From positions 96,001-160,000 of the forward strand of contig CAXWPH010000007.1 in NCBI GenBank assembly GCA_963666055.2: 64,000 nucleotides of DNA, written 5' to 3'. The notes below the pieces were generated by a model. The model was given only the letters and a program-made list of their open reading frames with translations. It ran no database searches and had not been told where the DNA came from. Below, one piece after another: positions 50,428 through 59,957 of this stretch; the first letter of the stretch is position 1, and every line of letters starts with the position of its first letter. Both the position numbers and the translations under genes were made by a program. The DNA comes from Acidobacteriota bacterium. GTDB taxonomy: Bacteria > Acidobacteriota > UBA890 > WLXD01.

Positions 50428-51218
50428 GGAGGCCGCTGTCGGAGCGCGTGGCGCTGGTCACCGGCGCTGGGAGCGAGCTCGGCATCGGCTTCGCCTGCGC
50501 TCGGATCCTCGGCGGACAGGGAGCGCAGGTTGCCATCACCTCGACGACCGAGGATCGGATCGCCGCGCGAGCGGCTGAGCTGCAAGCCGAGGGTCTGCCC
50601 GAAGTCGGAGCCTTCGTCGCGGACCTCACCGATTCTGCGCAGGCTGATCGACTCGTTGCCGAGGTCGTTTCCCGATTCGGCAGGCTCGACATCCTGGTAA
50701 ACAACGCCGGGCTCAACTCCATCGGAGCACCCTACCCCGACCGGCCGTTCGTCGATCTGAGCGAATCGGATTGGGACCGCGCCATCGCCATCAACCTGAA
50801 GACCGCGTTCAACGCCACCAAGGCAGCCATCCCGGTGATGCTGTCGCAGGAGTACGGTCGGGTGATCAACATTTCCTCGGTCACCGGCCCGCTCGTGAGC
50901 GCTATCGGATCGCCTGCCTACAGCGCCTCAAAAGCGGGGATGGATGGCCTGATGCGCAGCCTGGCGCTCGAGGTCGCCACAAAGGGGATCACCGTCAACG
51001 GTGTGGCACCCGGTTGGATCGCCACCGGGTCATCATCGGAGGCCGAGCTTGAAGCCGGCAAGTACTCGGCCATAGGCCGACCGGGGCGCCCTGAAGAAGT
51101 GGCTGAGGTGGTGGCGTTCCTCGCCTCCGAGGGGGCGAGCTACGTAACCGGCCAATCGATTGTCGTCGACGGAGGAAATACGATTCAGGAGTACAAGGGG
51201 CCCCGCGACGCGATCTGA
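50424..51218 (+). CDS. Short-chain dehydrogenase/reductase
   Basis: TGAGSELGIG, NNAG, YSASK and DGG motifs. Confidence 0.93.
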   Translation: MRRPLSERVALVTGAGSELGIGFACARILGGQGAQVAITSTTEDRIAARAAELQAEGLPEVGAFVADLTDSAQADRLVAEVVSRFGRLDILVNNAGLNSIGAPYPDRPFVDLSESDWDRAIAINLKTAFNATKAAIPVMLSQEYGRVINISSVTGPLVSAIGSPAYSASKAGMDGLMRSLALEVATKGITVNGVAPGWIATGSSSEAELEAGKYSAIGRPGRPEEVAEVVAFLASEGASYVTGQSIVVDGGNTIQEYKGPRDAI

Positions 51219-51267
51219 CGTTCTATCCTCGCATCGCCACGCAGCCCTGCCCCGAGGAGGCTTCCGC

Positions 51268-52806
51268 ATGAATTCCCGAACAGCCCCGGCAACGACGATC
51301 CGGCCTGCATGTCTTCTCCTTTTGCTGTCGCTTGCGGCCTGTCAGGGCACCACCGCTGACGACGCGGGGGATTTGCCCGCGACCCCTCCTGCCAATACCG
51401 AGGAGCGCATTGCGCGTGCCGCATCACTCGAGCTAGACGGCGAGTACATCGGACCTCCAGGCGATGCTCTGGTGCATCACACGGCGGGCTTTGCCAAGAT
51501 CCTCTGCTCGGCGGTGTTCATCACCGGCCTCGACGCCGACTTCGCTGCCGAGAACATCGGCTACTTCAGCAGTCACTATGCGGAGCGCGCCCAGGTGACC
51601 GAACGCGTCGTCGACATGGAGAAGAAGGAAGTCCACTTGACGCTACCTGACGGCACCGTGCGCACGGCCAGGTACTTGGGCGATCAGGGATGCGTGACGC
51701 TACCGATCGGCGAGGACGACGTGTACTTCACCCCCGTCGAGATACCGAGCACGCTCCCCGATCCGTCGACGCTGCCCTGGCCGATGGGAGACCTGCTATC
51801 GGACGAGCCGTTGCCCTCCGAGATCGATGCCGACAAGGTGCAACAGGCGGTGAACGCCGCGTTCGAGCCGGCGGAAGGGATGACGGCGGCCTTTGTAGTG
51901 ACCTACAAGGGACGCATCATCGGCGAGCGCTACCGCGACGGCATCACCATGAGCACACCGCTCGAAAGCTGGTCGATGGGCAAGAGCCTCACCGCCACCC
52001 TGATGGGGATTCTCATCGAGCAGGGTGTCTACGAGCTACACCAACCGGCGCCAATTCCTGAGTGGCAAGGCGACGACGACCCGCGTGCCGAGATCCGTAT
52101 ATCCGACATCATGCGGATGTCGAGCGGGCTGCGCTTCCGTAACGAGTCCGACCCCGGCTACGACGAGTCGCTGGGTTATCCCGACCACCTGTACGTCTAT
52201 ACCGGGACGGTCAATTCGTTCGAGTACGCGGCCACACGGCCGCAGCAGTACGCACCGAACACCGTGGGGCGCTATCGCAACTCCGACCCGGTGCTGACCA
52301 ACTACCTCCTTCGCCTCGGAGTGGAGGGACGTGGCGACGAGTACCACTCGTTCCCGCAGCGCGAGCTGTTCGACAGGATCGGCATCCGCCACATGGTGAT
52401 GGAGACTGATCCCTACGGGAACTTCCTGCTGCAGGGATACGAGTTCGGTACCGGACGCGACTGGGCCCGGCTCGGCAACCTCTACCTTCAAGACGGCATG
52501 TGGAACGGCGAGCGCATCCTGCCGGAGGGTTTCGTTGAGTTCGTCAGCACACCCGCACCAGGCTGGGTGGCGGACGGTCGGCCCATCTATGGCGGATTCT
52601 TCTGGATCGAGAGCGACAACGGCAACAACGGCATCCCGGCCGAGGCCTACTCGATGCAGGGCGCCGGCGGCCAGTCGGCGACGATCATCCCGTCACACAA
52701 CCTGGTGGTGGTCCGCCTCGGCCACTACAAGGGCAGTCGTGCGGGCGCCGAAGGGCTGCGGAACGCCTTCGCCCTGCTGATGGAGGCTGTGCCGGGTAAC
52801 CAGTAG
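51268..52806 (+). CDS. Serine hydrolase, class C beta-lactamase-like lipoprotein
   Basis: LAAC lipobox, SWSMGKS (SxxK), YRN and QGAGGQ motifs. Confidence 0.9.
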   Translation: MNSRTAPATTIRPACLLLLLSLAACQGTTADDAGDLPATPPANTEERIARAASLELDGEYIGPPGDALVHHTAGFAKILCSAVFITGLDADFAAENIGYFSSHYAERAQVTERVVDMEKKEVHLTLPDGTVRTARYLGDQGCVTLPIGEDDVYFTPVEIPSTLPDPSTLPWPMGDLLSDEPLPSEIDADKVQQAVNAAFEPAEGMTAAFVVTYKGRIIGERYRDGITMSTPLESWSMGKSLTATLMGILIEQGVYELHQPAPIPEWQGDDDPRAEIRISDIMRMSSGLRFRNESDPGYDESLGYPDHLYVYTGTVNSFEYAATRPQQYAPNTVGRYRNSDPVLTNYLLRLGVEGRGDEYHSFPQRELFDRIGIRHMVMETDPYGNFLLQGYEFGTGRDWARLGNLYLQDGMWNGERILPEGFVEFVSTPAPGWVADGRPIYGGFFWIESDNGNNGIPAEAYSMQGAGGQSATIIPSHNLVVVRLGHYKGSRAGAEGLRNAFALLMEAVPGNQ

Positions 52807-52854
52807 TTCCGCGTCAGTCACCCTATGCCGTTGGCAACGACGACACCGCTGTAG

Positions 52855-53814
52855 CTATCGCACGCCCGGCGACCAGGACGGGTACCGGTCATCACCCGGA
52901 CTGTTCGTCAGCCTCGTCTGATCAGAGCCGTCACTTCGCATGCTGTATACGTCCCAATGCCCATGCCTGTTGGTCTCAAACACGATCTTCGCGCCATCCG
53001 GTGACCATCGGGCGTGGCGATCTTCGTAGGCGGGCTGTCGCTCTACCGAGTAGAGCGGTGTGGACAGTTTCCTCTGATGGGTCCCACTGGAGTCCATTAC
53101 GGAGATGCTCATACGATTCCAATCAAAAAGTATCAGGGCGCCGTCCGGTGACCATGACGGAAACCCGTTCGCATCGGAGCTATCCGTCAGCCTCACCAGA
53201 TTCGTGCCGTCAAGGTCGATTGTGAAGATGTCGACGTCGCCGCCCAGGTTCGGATCCGTGTCAGATTCGATGATGAGTCGAGACCCGTCAGGCGACCAGA
53301 CAGGAACTTTTGCGTTGATTACACTGTCGGTTATTCTCCGCTGGTCTGATCCGTCGAGGTCCATGACGTATGTCTCGACATGTCCATCGCGATCTGTACT
53401 GAAGGCGACTAGCGAGCCGTCAGGAGACCAACTCGGGAAATTGTCATCGTAGGTATTGAAGGTCAGCCTGCGCTGCCCCGAACCATCCTTGTTCATCACG
53501 TAGACTTCCCAGTTGCCGTCCCGCTCCGATTCAAACGCCAGCATCGAACCATCCGGCGACCAGGAAGCATGACGATCTGCGGCGCCATTGTCCGTGAGCC
53601 TTCGCTGAGTCGATCCGTCGGAGCTCATCGTATAGATCTCCCAGTTTCCGTCCCGATCGGAATCGAACGCAATCATCGAGTGCTGATCGTAGGCGTGTTC
53701 GGTACGAGATTTCAGCTCGATGCTCGTACTGTCCCAGGCATCGACTTCAGTCTCTGCGTAGGCTGCGATACAAAGAAGCGATAGGACGATTGGAAGCTGT
53801 ACCTTCATCGACAA
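52855..53814 (-). CDS. TolB-like PD40 beta-propeller exported protein
   Basis: Signal peptide and six W-S-P-D-G-type repeats. Confidence 0.9.
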   Translation of the reverse strand: MSMKVQLPIVLSLLCIAAYAETEVDAWDSTSIELKSRTEHAYDQHSMIAFDSDRDGNWEIYTMSSDGSTQRRLTDNGAADRHASWSPDGSMLAFESERDGNWEVYVMNKDGSGQRRLTFNTYDDNFPSWSPDGSLVAFSTDRDGHVETYVMDLDGSDQRRITDSVINAKVPVWSPDGSRLIIESDTDPNLGGDVDIFTIDLDGTNLVRLTDSSDANGFPSWSPDGALILFDWNRMSISVMDSSGTHQRKLSTPLYSVERQPAYEDRHARWSPDGAKIVFETNRHGHWDVYSMRSDGSDQTRLTNSPGDDRYPSWSPGVR

Positions 53815-53815
53815 G

Positions 53816-55171
53816 CTAGCGAATTCTCCAGCCGTTCACCGGCCCGGCGTGAAAAAACACCTCCGGCGTCATCACGCCATCGCGCTTGAACACCTTGCCG
53901 TCGCGCATCACGAAGCGCACATTGCGCAGGGTGTCGATGTCGCGTAGCGGGTTGCCGACCACGGCAATCAGGTCGGCGTAATTGCCGGGCTTGATCGGGC
54001 CGCGCTCGTCATACACCTCGGCACAGCGGTAGCCGGCGATGGTCATCGCCTTGAGGATTTCGGGCGCCGGGATCCTCGCGGCCTTCCAGGTCTCGATGAA
54101 GTCGATGACCACCTCGCCACGCGTCATGCCGGGAATGTAGTAGTCGGCGTCGGTGGAGAAGGTCACCGCCACACCGTTGTCCCAGGCGTTGCGAAGGCCG
54201 GCGACGGTGCGCTCGAACTCCTCTTCCGAGGTGTTGTTGTAGGGCATCGCCGGGGTCTCGGTGCCGGCGCGATAGATGCCCTTCGCCGCCATCGCCTTGT
54301 GTAGCTCGTCGTCGAGGACGTCGGAGTGCGCCAACGAGAACAGACCGGCCTCGATGGCGCGCCGGGCGCCGTCGCGGGTCTGCACGTGGCCCTCGACCTT
54401 CATGCCGGCCTTGGCCGCCTCGCTGACGAAGAGCTGCATCTCGGCAACGGTGTAGCCATAGGGTTTGCAGTCCACGCAGATCTTGATCACGGTGGCGCCG
54501 AAGAGCACGTTCTGACGCACCGCCTTGACGATCTCGTCGTTGGTGTCGGCGTCGAGGTACTCGGGGTAGACGATGTTGTGGTCGATCCCCATCTCCGGCG
54601 TCGGCCAGAACTGCCCGCCCATACCGCCGATGATGATGCCGGAGTTGATGATCGTCGGCCCGGGTACCCAGCCTTACTCGATCGCCTGGCGCAACGCGGT
54701 ATCGGCGTAGTTGCCGTTGTTGCCCATGTCGCGCACGACGGTGAAGCCCGATGACAGCATCTGCATGCCGTTGGAGAACGCCTGAATGGCCCGCAGCGGC
54801 GTCGAGTCCATGACGTAGGTCAGGTAGTAGAAGTTGCTCTCGGGCTCCTGCTTGTAGGTCAGCGCCAGATGGTTATGGGTGTCGACCAGCCCGCCGAGCA
54901 CGGTGAGGTCGGACAGGTCGATAACATCGGCGCCGGCCGGTATGTCGACGCTGCCGGGGGAGACCACCGCCTCGATGCCATCGCCCTGGATGAGGATCAC
55001 CTGGTTCGGGGTCGCAGTGCCGGCCTCGGGATCCACCAGCAGTCCGACACGAATGACCTGGACGGACTCCTCCTGTGCAGTTGCGGGAGTCGGCTGGGCA
55101 AACGCGGAAATCGGAACCATAAAGGCGAGCAATGCGATAGCGGCTGCGGCCACCAGGTTTCTGCGAGCCAT
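53816..55171 (-). pseudogene. Amidohydrolase (prolidase-like) interrupted by an in-frame TAA at 54674-54676
   Basis: Both ORFs are in the same frame: DTHNH, GFTVVRDMG, ...AIE*GWVPGP..., GNYADLIAV. Confidence 0.85.
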
Positions 55172-55358
55172 CGGATCCTCCTGCGTGGAGCATGGGAATA
55201 TGAACGGTGAGCACGGTAAGCTGCATCGTAAACCGCTGCTCACCGTAGTGCGCTTCGGTGAGACAATGGAAGCTGATCGGCTCGTCGACATCGAGGGCCC
55301 CGGGCATCTCGCCATCCGGGAATCCGCGCCCAATGATTCGACGGAAGGAGTTCAGGGA

Positions 55359-56015
55359 ATGGATCGATTCGCCGGCAGGACGGTAGCCGACAGGGCCGAC
55401 GGCCACGCGCTTCTGGAGGAACGCCGACACAATCATCCCCTCGTCGGAGAGCTCAGCCCGGATTTTGAGCTGCAACGATCCGACCGGACCAGCAGCGTCC
55501 GTCTTTCCTCGTATTGGGGGCGTAAGCCGGTCGTGCTGGTCTTCGGGTCGCTGACCTGAGGGCCCTTCTCCCAGGCGTCAGTTGACGTCGTAGCGTTGCA
55601 CGAGCGGTTCGGCGATCGCGTCGAGTTCCTCATGGTCTACATACGCGAAGCGCATTCCACGGATGGTTGGCGCATCGACGACTCGGGGTGGTCGATCCTC
55701 GCCGACGCCCAAAATACCGACGAGCGCAACGCCGCCGCTGCCCAAACCTGCTCGATGCTGAGGCTACCCTTCCCGGTCGTGGTCGACTCGATGGATGACG
55801 CGGTCGCCCAACGATGGAGCGCATGGCCCGAGCGCCTGTTCGTGATTGACACCGATGGCCGTGTCGCTTACGTTGGCGCGCAGGGCCCCTGGGGGTTCTG
55901 GCCGCGTCAGCAGACGCCACCGCACGGATGGGGCGAGGACGATGGCTTTGACCACGGCCAGCCGCTCGATACGTTCCTCGTGAGCTTTCTGGCGCCGCCG
56001 ACCGAGCCCGACTGA
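55359..56015 (+). CDS. Iodothyronine deiodinase-like selenoprotein (TGA at 55557-55559 = Sec)
   Basis: AAGGAG RBS; KPVVLVFGSLT-U-GPF...VYIREAH-x2-DGW...VDSMDD...AWPERL continues in frame across TGA; hairpin at 55574-55589. Confidence 0.85.
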
Positions 56016-56031
56016 TCTTCGAGATTCTCGA

Positions 56032-56934
56032 CTATTCGCCGTAGCTTCCGTCGGGCAGGCGGGTCGGCACAGAGTACTGCGGATCGGTGAGTAGAGCGGC
56101 TACCGCCGGGTCGGTCTCGGCGAGCTGCTCGGCGGTACAGGGGCGCCATTCGTGCGAGATCCGGGCGCAGCGGTCCGCAGCCGCCTGCGCTCCCAGCTGC
56201 GTCGACAGCGCCCAGTAGACATACTCGATCGCCATGCAACCGTAGTCGCAGGTCTCGTCGTCGTAGGTATACCAGGCAGCGCTCGGATACGGATCCGGAA
56301 TCTCCATGAACTGCCCGCCGCGCGCCAGGTCCATGGCGTTGGCGAGGCGAGAGCCAGGATCCGGGCCGAAGGCATCCGGATAGGCGACTGCGTATCCAGC
56401 GAAGCTGACCAGATGCCACACCTCCTCGATCGCGGCGTCGAAGCGGTCGCCGGCGTCTCCTTCCGCACGATCGGTCGGCGTGATGGTCTCGTGGCCCTCG
56501 AGATCCTGACTCTCGTAACGATCGCGGATCCCATCGGCCTCGAACAGACCCGACTCCTCGAGCTCGTCGAAGTCGGCGAACATCACCAACGCGTTGCGCT
56601 CCAGCATCGCATCGAGCACCGCCGGGTCATCGACCGAACCGTCCTCGTCGTTGTCGAGGTACTGCGCCATGACGTGCGCGGCGTGCCGGATCTTGTCGTC
56701 CGCAAGGTCTTCCGTACCCACGATGGGCACACCGAAGACGGTGATCTGCTTGGCGAAGAAGGCGCGCAGCGCCTCATCGCGCACCTCGTGCAATGAGAGG
56801 TCCGGGCCGGACGGTTGGGCCGACACGCCGGCCGGCGGCGGCTCTTCGTCACTCAACGCCTCATCCGCCACACTACCGCAGCCAACCAGGACAACAGCAG
56901 CGAGCGCGCCGAGGAGCCGCACCTGACTACGCAT
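56032..56934 (-). CDS. Hypothetical lipoprotein, possible zincin-like metallopeptidase
   Basis: LVGC lipobox, QYLDNDEDG, EEVWHL and CDY-x-C-x3-EY motifs. Confidence 0.7.
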   Translation of the reverse strand: MRSQVRLLGALAAVVLVGCGSVADEALSDEEPPPAGVSAQPSGPDLSLHEVRDEALRAFFAKQITVFGVPIVGTEDLADDKIRHAAHVMAQYLDNDEDGSVDDPAVLDAMLERNALVMFADFDELEESGLFEADGIRDRYESQDLEGHETITPTDRAEGDAGDRFDAAIEEVWHLVSFAGYAVAYPDAFGPDPGSRLANAMDLARGGQFMEIPDPYPSAAWYTYDDETCDYGCMAIEYVYWALSTQLGAQAAADRCARISHEWRPCTAEQLAETDPAVAALLTDPQYSVPTRLPDGSYGE

Positions 56935-58207
56935 AGCCCAGCAGCCGCGGCACGAACAAGGTGATGTCGGGAAATAGCGTCAACACCAGCAGGCCGGCCA
57001 GCAATACGAGCAGGTAGGGCACCAGCCGCGGTGTCACCGCCTCGATGGAGGTGCCGGCAATGCCGCAGGCCACGAACAAGCAGATCCCGACCGGGGGCGA
57101 AACCATGCCGATGCCGACGTTGGCGGCGACCAGGATCGAGAAGTGTACCGGGTCCATCCCGAGCGACACGGCGACGGGCACCAAGATCGGCATCAGGATG
57201 ATGATCGGCGGCAGCGCGTCCATCACCATGCCGAGCACGATGAACACGACGTGCACGAAGAGCATGAACACCAGCCAGTTCGGCGCTGTGCTGGTGATCC
57301 AGGCAGCGAGCTGGTGGGGAATGCGCTCGAACGTGAGCACGAACGAAAAGACCGAGGCCGAAGCAAGCACCAGCATCACGACGCCCGTCAAGGATGCGGT
57401 GCCCAGCAGTACGTCCGGCAGGTCGGACAGCTTCAACTCGCGATACACGAAGAACGACACCACGAAGCCATAGACTACGGCCACGGCCGAAGCCTCGGTC
57501 GGCGTGAACACGCCGCCGTAGATGCCGCCGAGAATGATGACGATCATCATTAGAGGCAGCAGCCCGTCGCCAATCACTTTGAGCTTGTCGCGCCAAGGCA
57601 TCTTGGGCTCGATCGGCAGCTCGAGGCGAAGCGCATTGACGTACGTAAGCGCCATGATGGCGATCCCTAGCACGACAGCCGGTAGGACCCCGGCGGCGAA
57701 CAGCGCACCGATCGAGATCCCGGCGACCACACCGATGATGATCAGATCGATCGCCGGCGGCACCAGCGTCGAGACCCCCCCTGCCGCCGCGAAGATGGCG
57801 GTGGCGAACTCGACCGGGTAGCGCTTGCGCTTCATCGCCGGCAGCGCCACCGACCCGACCGCGGCGGTGTTGGCGCTGGGCGATCCGGAGATCCCCGAGA
57901 ACAACATCGCCGAGAGGATCACCACCAGCCCCAGCCCGCCCGGAATGCGGCCGACGAATATCAGCGCCATGTCGACGATGCGCCGCGCCATCCCACCCTT
58001 CGACAACAACGATCCGGCCAGCACAAAAAGCGGTATCGCCAGCAGCGGGAATGAGTCGAGACCGGCGAGGAACTTCTGCGGCATGACGATCAGGAACTCT
58101 GGCGAGCTATAGAGCAGCCCGGCCATTCCGGCCATCGCCAGCGCCAACCCTACCGGCACCGACACCAAGAGCGCGATCACGAAGACGAGTGCGACGATCA
58201 GGCCCAT
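56927..58207 (-). CDS. dctM: TRAP transporter large permease
   Basis: FPLLAIPLF, ISGS, GGIYGGVFTPTEA and SPPVG motifs. Confidence 0.95.
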   Translation of the reverse strand: MGLIVALVFVIALLVSVPVGLALAMAGMAGLLYSSPEFLIVMPQKFLAGLDSFPLLAIPLFVLAGSLLSKGGMARRIVDMALIFVGRIPGGLGLVVILSAMLFSGISGSPSANTAAVGSVALPAMKRKRYPVEFATAIFAAAGGVSTLVPPAIDLIIIGVVAGISIGALFAAGVLPAVVLGIAIMALTYVNALRLELPIEPKMPWRDKLKVIGDGLLPLMMIVIILGGIYGGVFTPTEASAVAVVYGFVVSFFVYRELKLSDLPDVLLGTASLTGVVMLVLASASVFSFVLTFERIPHQLAAWITSTAPNWLVFMLFVHVVFIVLGMVMDALPPIIILMPILVPVAVSLGMDPVHFSILVAANVGIGMVSPPVGICLFVACGIAGTSIEAVTPRLVPYLLVLLAGLLVLTLFPDITLFVPRLLGYA

Positions 58208-58210
58208 CTG

Positions 58211-58708
58211 CTAGGAGCCCGTGGTGGAAGTGTGCTCGGCGGGCTCGTCGTCATCACCGCGCCAGGCCTGTCGCAGGATGTAGTAGAGCATCAGCAGGCT
58301 ACCGACGAAGGCCGACGAATAGGGGATGGACATCGACACTCCGGTGGCCGGAGCAACCATCGTCCGCACCTCGAGCGTGAACCAAAACGCCTGCCAAGCG
58401 AACACGGCGAGCAGCACCGCGATCAGCGCGGTGACCAGCCGCGACAGCTGTTTCCGGGGGCCGGGGGGTAGACGCTGAACCGCGAACGTGAGCGCGAAGT
58501 GTGAACGCGTCTTGAACGCGTAGGCAGCGCAGAGCGAGCCGAGCCATAAGAGCAGGAAGCGCGCCAGCTCCTCGGACCATGCCAGCGATATCTGAAACAC
58601 ATAGCGGAAGAGCACCTGGGAGAACGTCACCCCGACCATGGCGATCAGCAGCATGCACAGCACCAGCTCGAGCGGCTTGCTGCGAAGATCAGTAACCGAC
58701 GATCTCAT
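58211..58708 (-). CDS. dctQ: TRAP transporter small permease
   Basis: QVLFRY...WSEELAR; four TMs; start uncertain. Confidence 0.9.
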   Translation of the reverse strand: MRSSVTDLRSKPLELVLCMLLIAMVGVTFSQVLFRYVFQISLAWSEELARFLLLWLGSLCAAYAFKTRSHFALTFAVQRLPPGPRKQLSRLVTALIAVLLAVFAWQAFWFTLEVRTMVAPATGVSMSIPYSSAFVGSLLMLYYILRQAWRGDDDEPAEHTSTTGS

Positions 58709-59690
58709 CAATGACCTCGGCGCCACCGACCTTGTCGGCGGCGTTGCGATAGACGTCGCGCACACGAGCCTGAAACAGGCTGCGATCGACTTCGAAGAAC
58801 TCCAGGTTTGCAGTTCGCTCGAGCTCGGCGAGTGCCTCCCGGGTGGCAGTCTCCATGGCCCGGCGTTGGGCGATCGACGCTTCGCGGCCGGCTCGCAGCA
58901 CCACCTGTTGTACATCGGGGGGCAGGCGATCGTAGAGCTTGCGACTGAAGATCATGCCGGCGGCGAGATACATGTGCTCCGTATTGGAGACATAGCGCGT
59001 GACCTCGTAGAAACGCTCGTACAGAAGGTCCACATGGTCGGTCTCAGCGCCATCCACAACGCCCTGCTCGAGCGCCGAATAGAGCTCGCCGAAGGACATC
59101 GGCGTTGCCTGGGCACCGAGAGCGTCGAAAGCCTCTACCAGCACCGGCGTTCCCATGACGCGGATCTTCAGGCCGCGCAGATCCTCCGGGGTCAGTACCG
59201 GACGCGTGGCGTTCCACATGTTGCGCACGCCCGAGAACCACCAGCCGAGCACCATCGCATCGAGCTTTTCCTCCGTGGCCCGGGCGACACGCTCGCCGGG
59301 TGAGCCGTCGAGCACACGGTAGAAGTGATCCAGGTCACGAAAGATGAACGGCAAGTTGAACGCCTCGGCCTCCGACACGAACGGACCGAGGCCGGCGCCA
59401 GCGCTGGCAGCCGACGCCGCTAGCGCCCCCAGCTTGACCATCAGGCTGGCCTCCTCCTCGGTGCCAAGCTGACCATTCTCGAAGATCTGCACCTGGACGG
59501 CGCCGACGGTCTCACGCTCGACGATCTCCTTGAAGTGCTCGAAACCTGCCTGATACGGGTGTTGGGGACTACCGTTGTGGGCCACTTTGAGAATCAGCGG
59601 GGCATCACGGTCGGCGCAGCCGGCCGTTATGGCCGTCAGCGCAACGACGGCCAGCGCGGCCAAAGCCCGCGAACGGCGCCGCGCCCTCAT
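58689..59690 (-). CDS. dctP: TRAP transporter substrate-binding protein
   Basis: QLG-x-E, LPFIF, DLRGLKIRV and ELYSALEQGVVDG motifs; TAGC lipobox. Confidence 0.95.
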   Translation of the reverse strand: MRARRRSRALAALAVVALTAITAGCADRDAPLILKVAHNGSPQHPYQAGFEHFKEIVERETVGAVQVQIFENGQLGTEEEASLMVKLGALAASAASAGAGLGPFVSEAEAFNLPFIFRDLDHFYRVLDGSPGERVARATEEKLDAMVLGWWFSGVRNMWNATRPVLTPEDLRGLKIRVMGTPVLVEAFDALGAQATPMSFGELYSALEQGVVDGAETDHVDLLYERFYEVTRYVSNTEHMYLAAGMIFSRKLYDRLPPDVQQVVLRAGREASIAQRRAMETATREALAELERTANLEFFEVDRSLFQARVRDVYRNAADKVGGAEVIDEIVGY

Positions 59691-59870
59691 TCTCGAGGTC
59701 CCCGGGCCGTCATAAGTAGCGATCGCGGCACCGCCTCGTCGCTCATCGCCGCCTGTGCCACCAGGCTGGCAATGACGATCGCCGACTGGATCAGGTCGGG
59801 CTCATGGAGATGATCGAAGGTGTCCATGTTGGTGTGGTACCCGCGCCGCTCGAGAGGGTCCTGGAGCTCC
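59687..59870 (-). pseudogene. C-terminal remnant of an M28-family peptidase
   Basis: QDPLE...YHTNMDTFDH...DL-x-Q-x-A...A-x4-A...PR; N-terminal part absent. Confidence 0.6.
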
Positions 59871-59957
59871 TCCGCGCCTTGGTGAGGCGTTTCGGCATCA
59901 TCGTATACTGTATGCAACTCTTGAACAGGTCCATCCGAGACCGCTGAGGCGAGCGTC

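Noticed and set aside
54674-54676. Stop-codon recoding in the amidohydrolase
   Set aside because: The codon is TAA, not TGA or TAG, and it is not at a catalytic Cys or Lys position.
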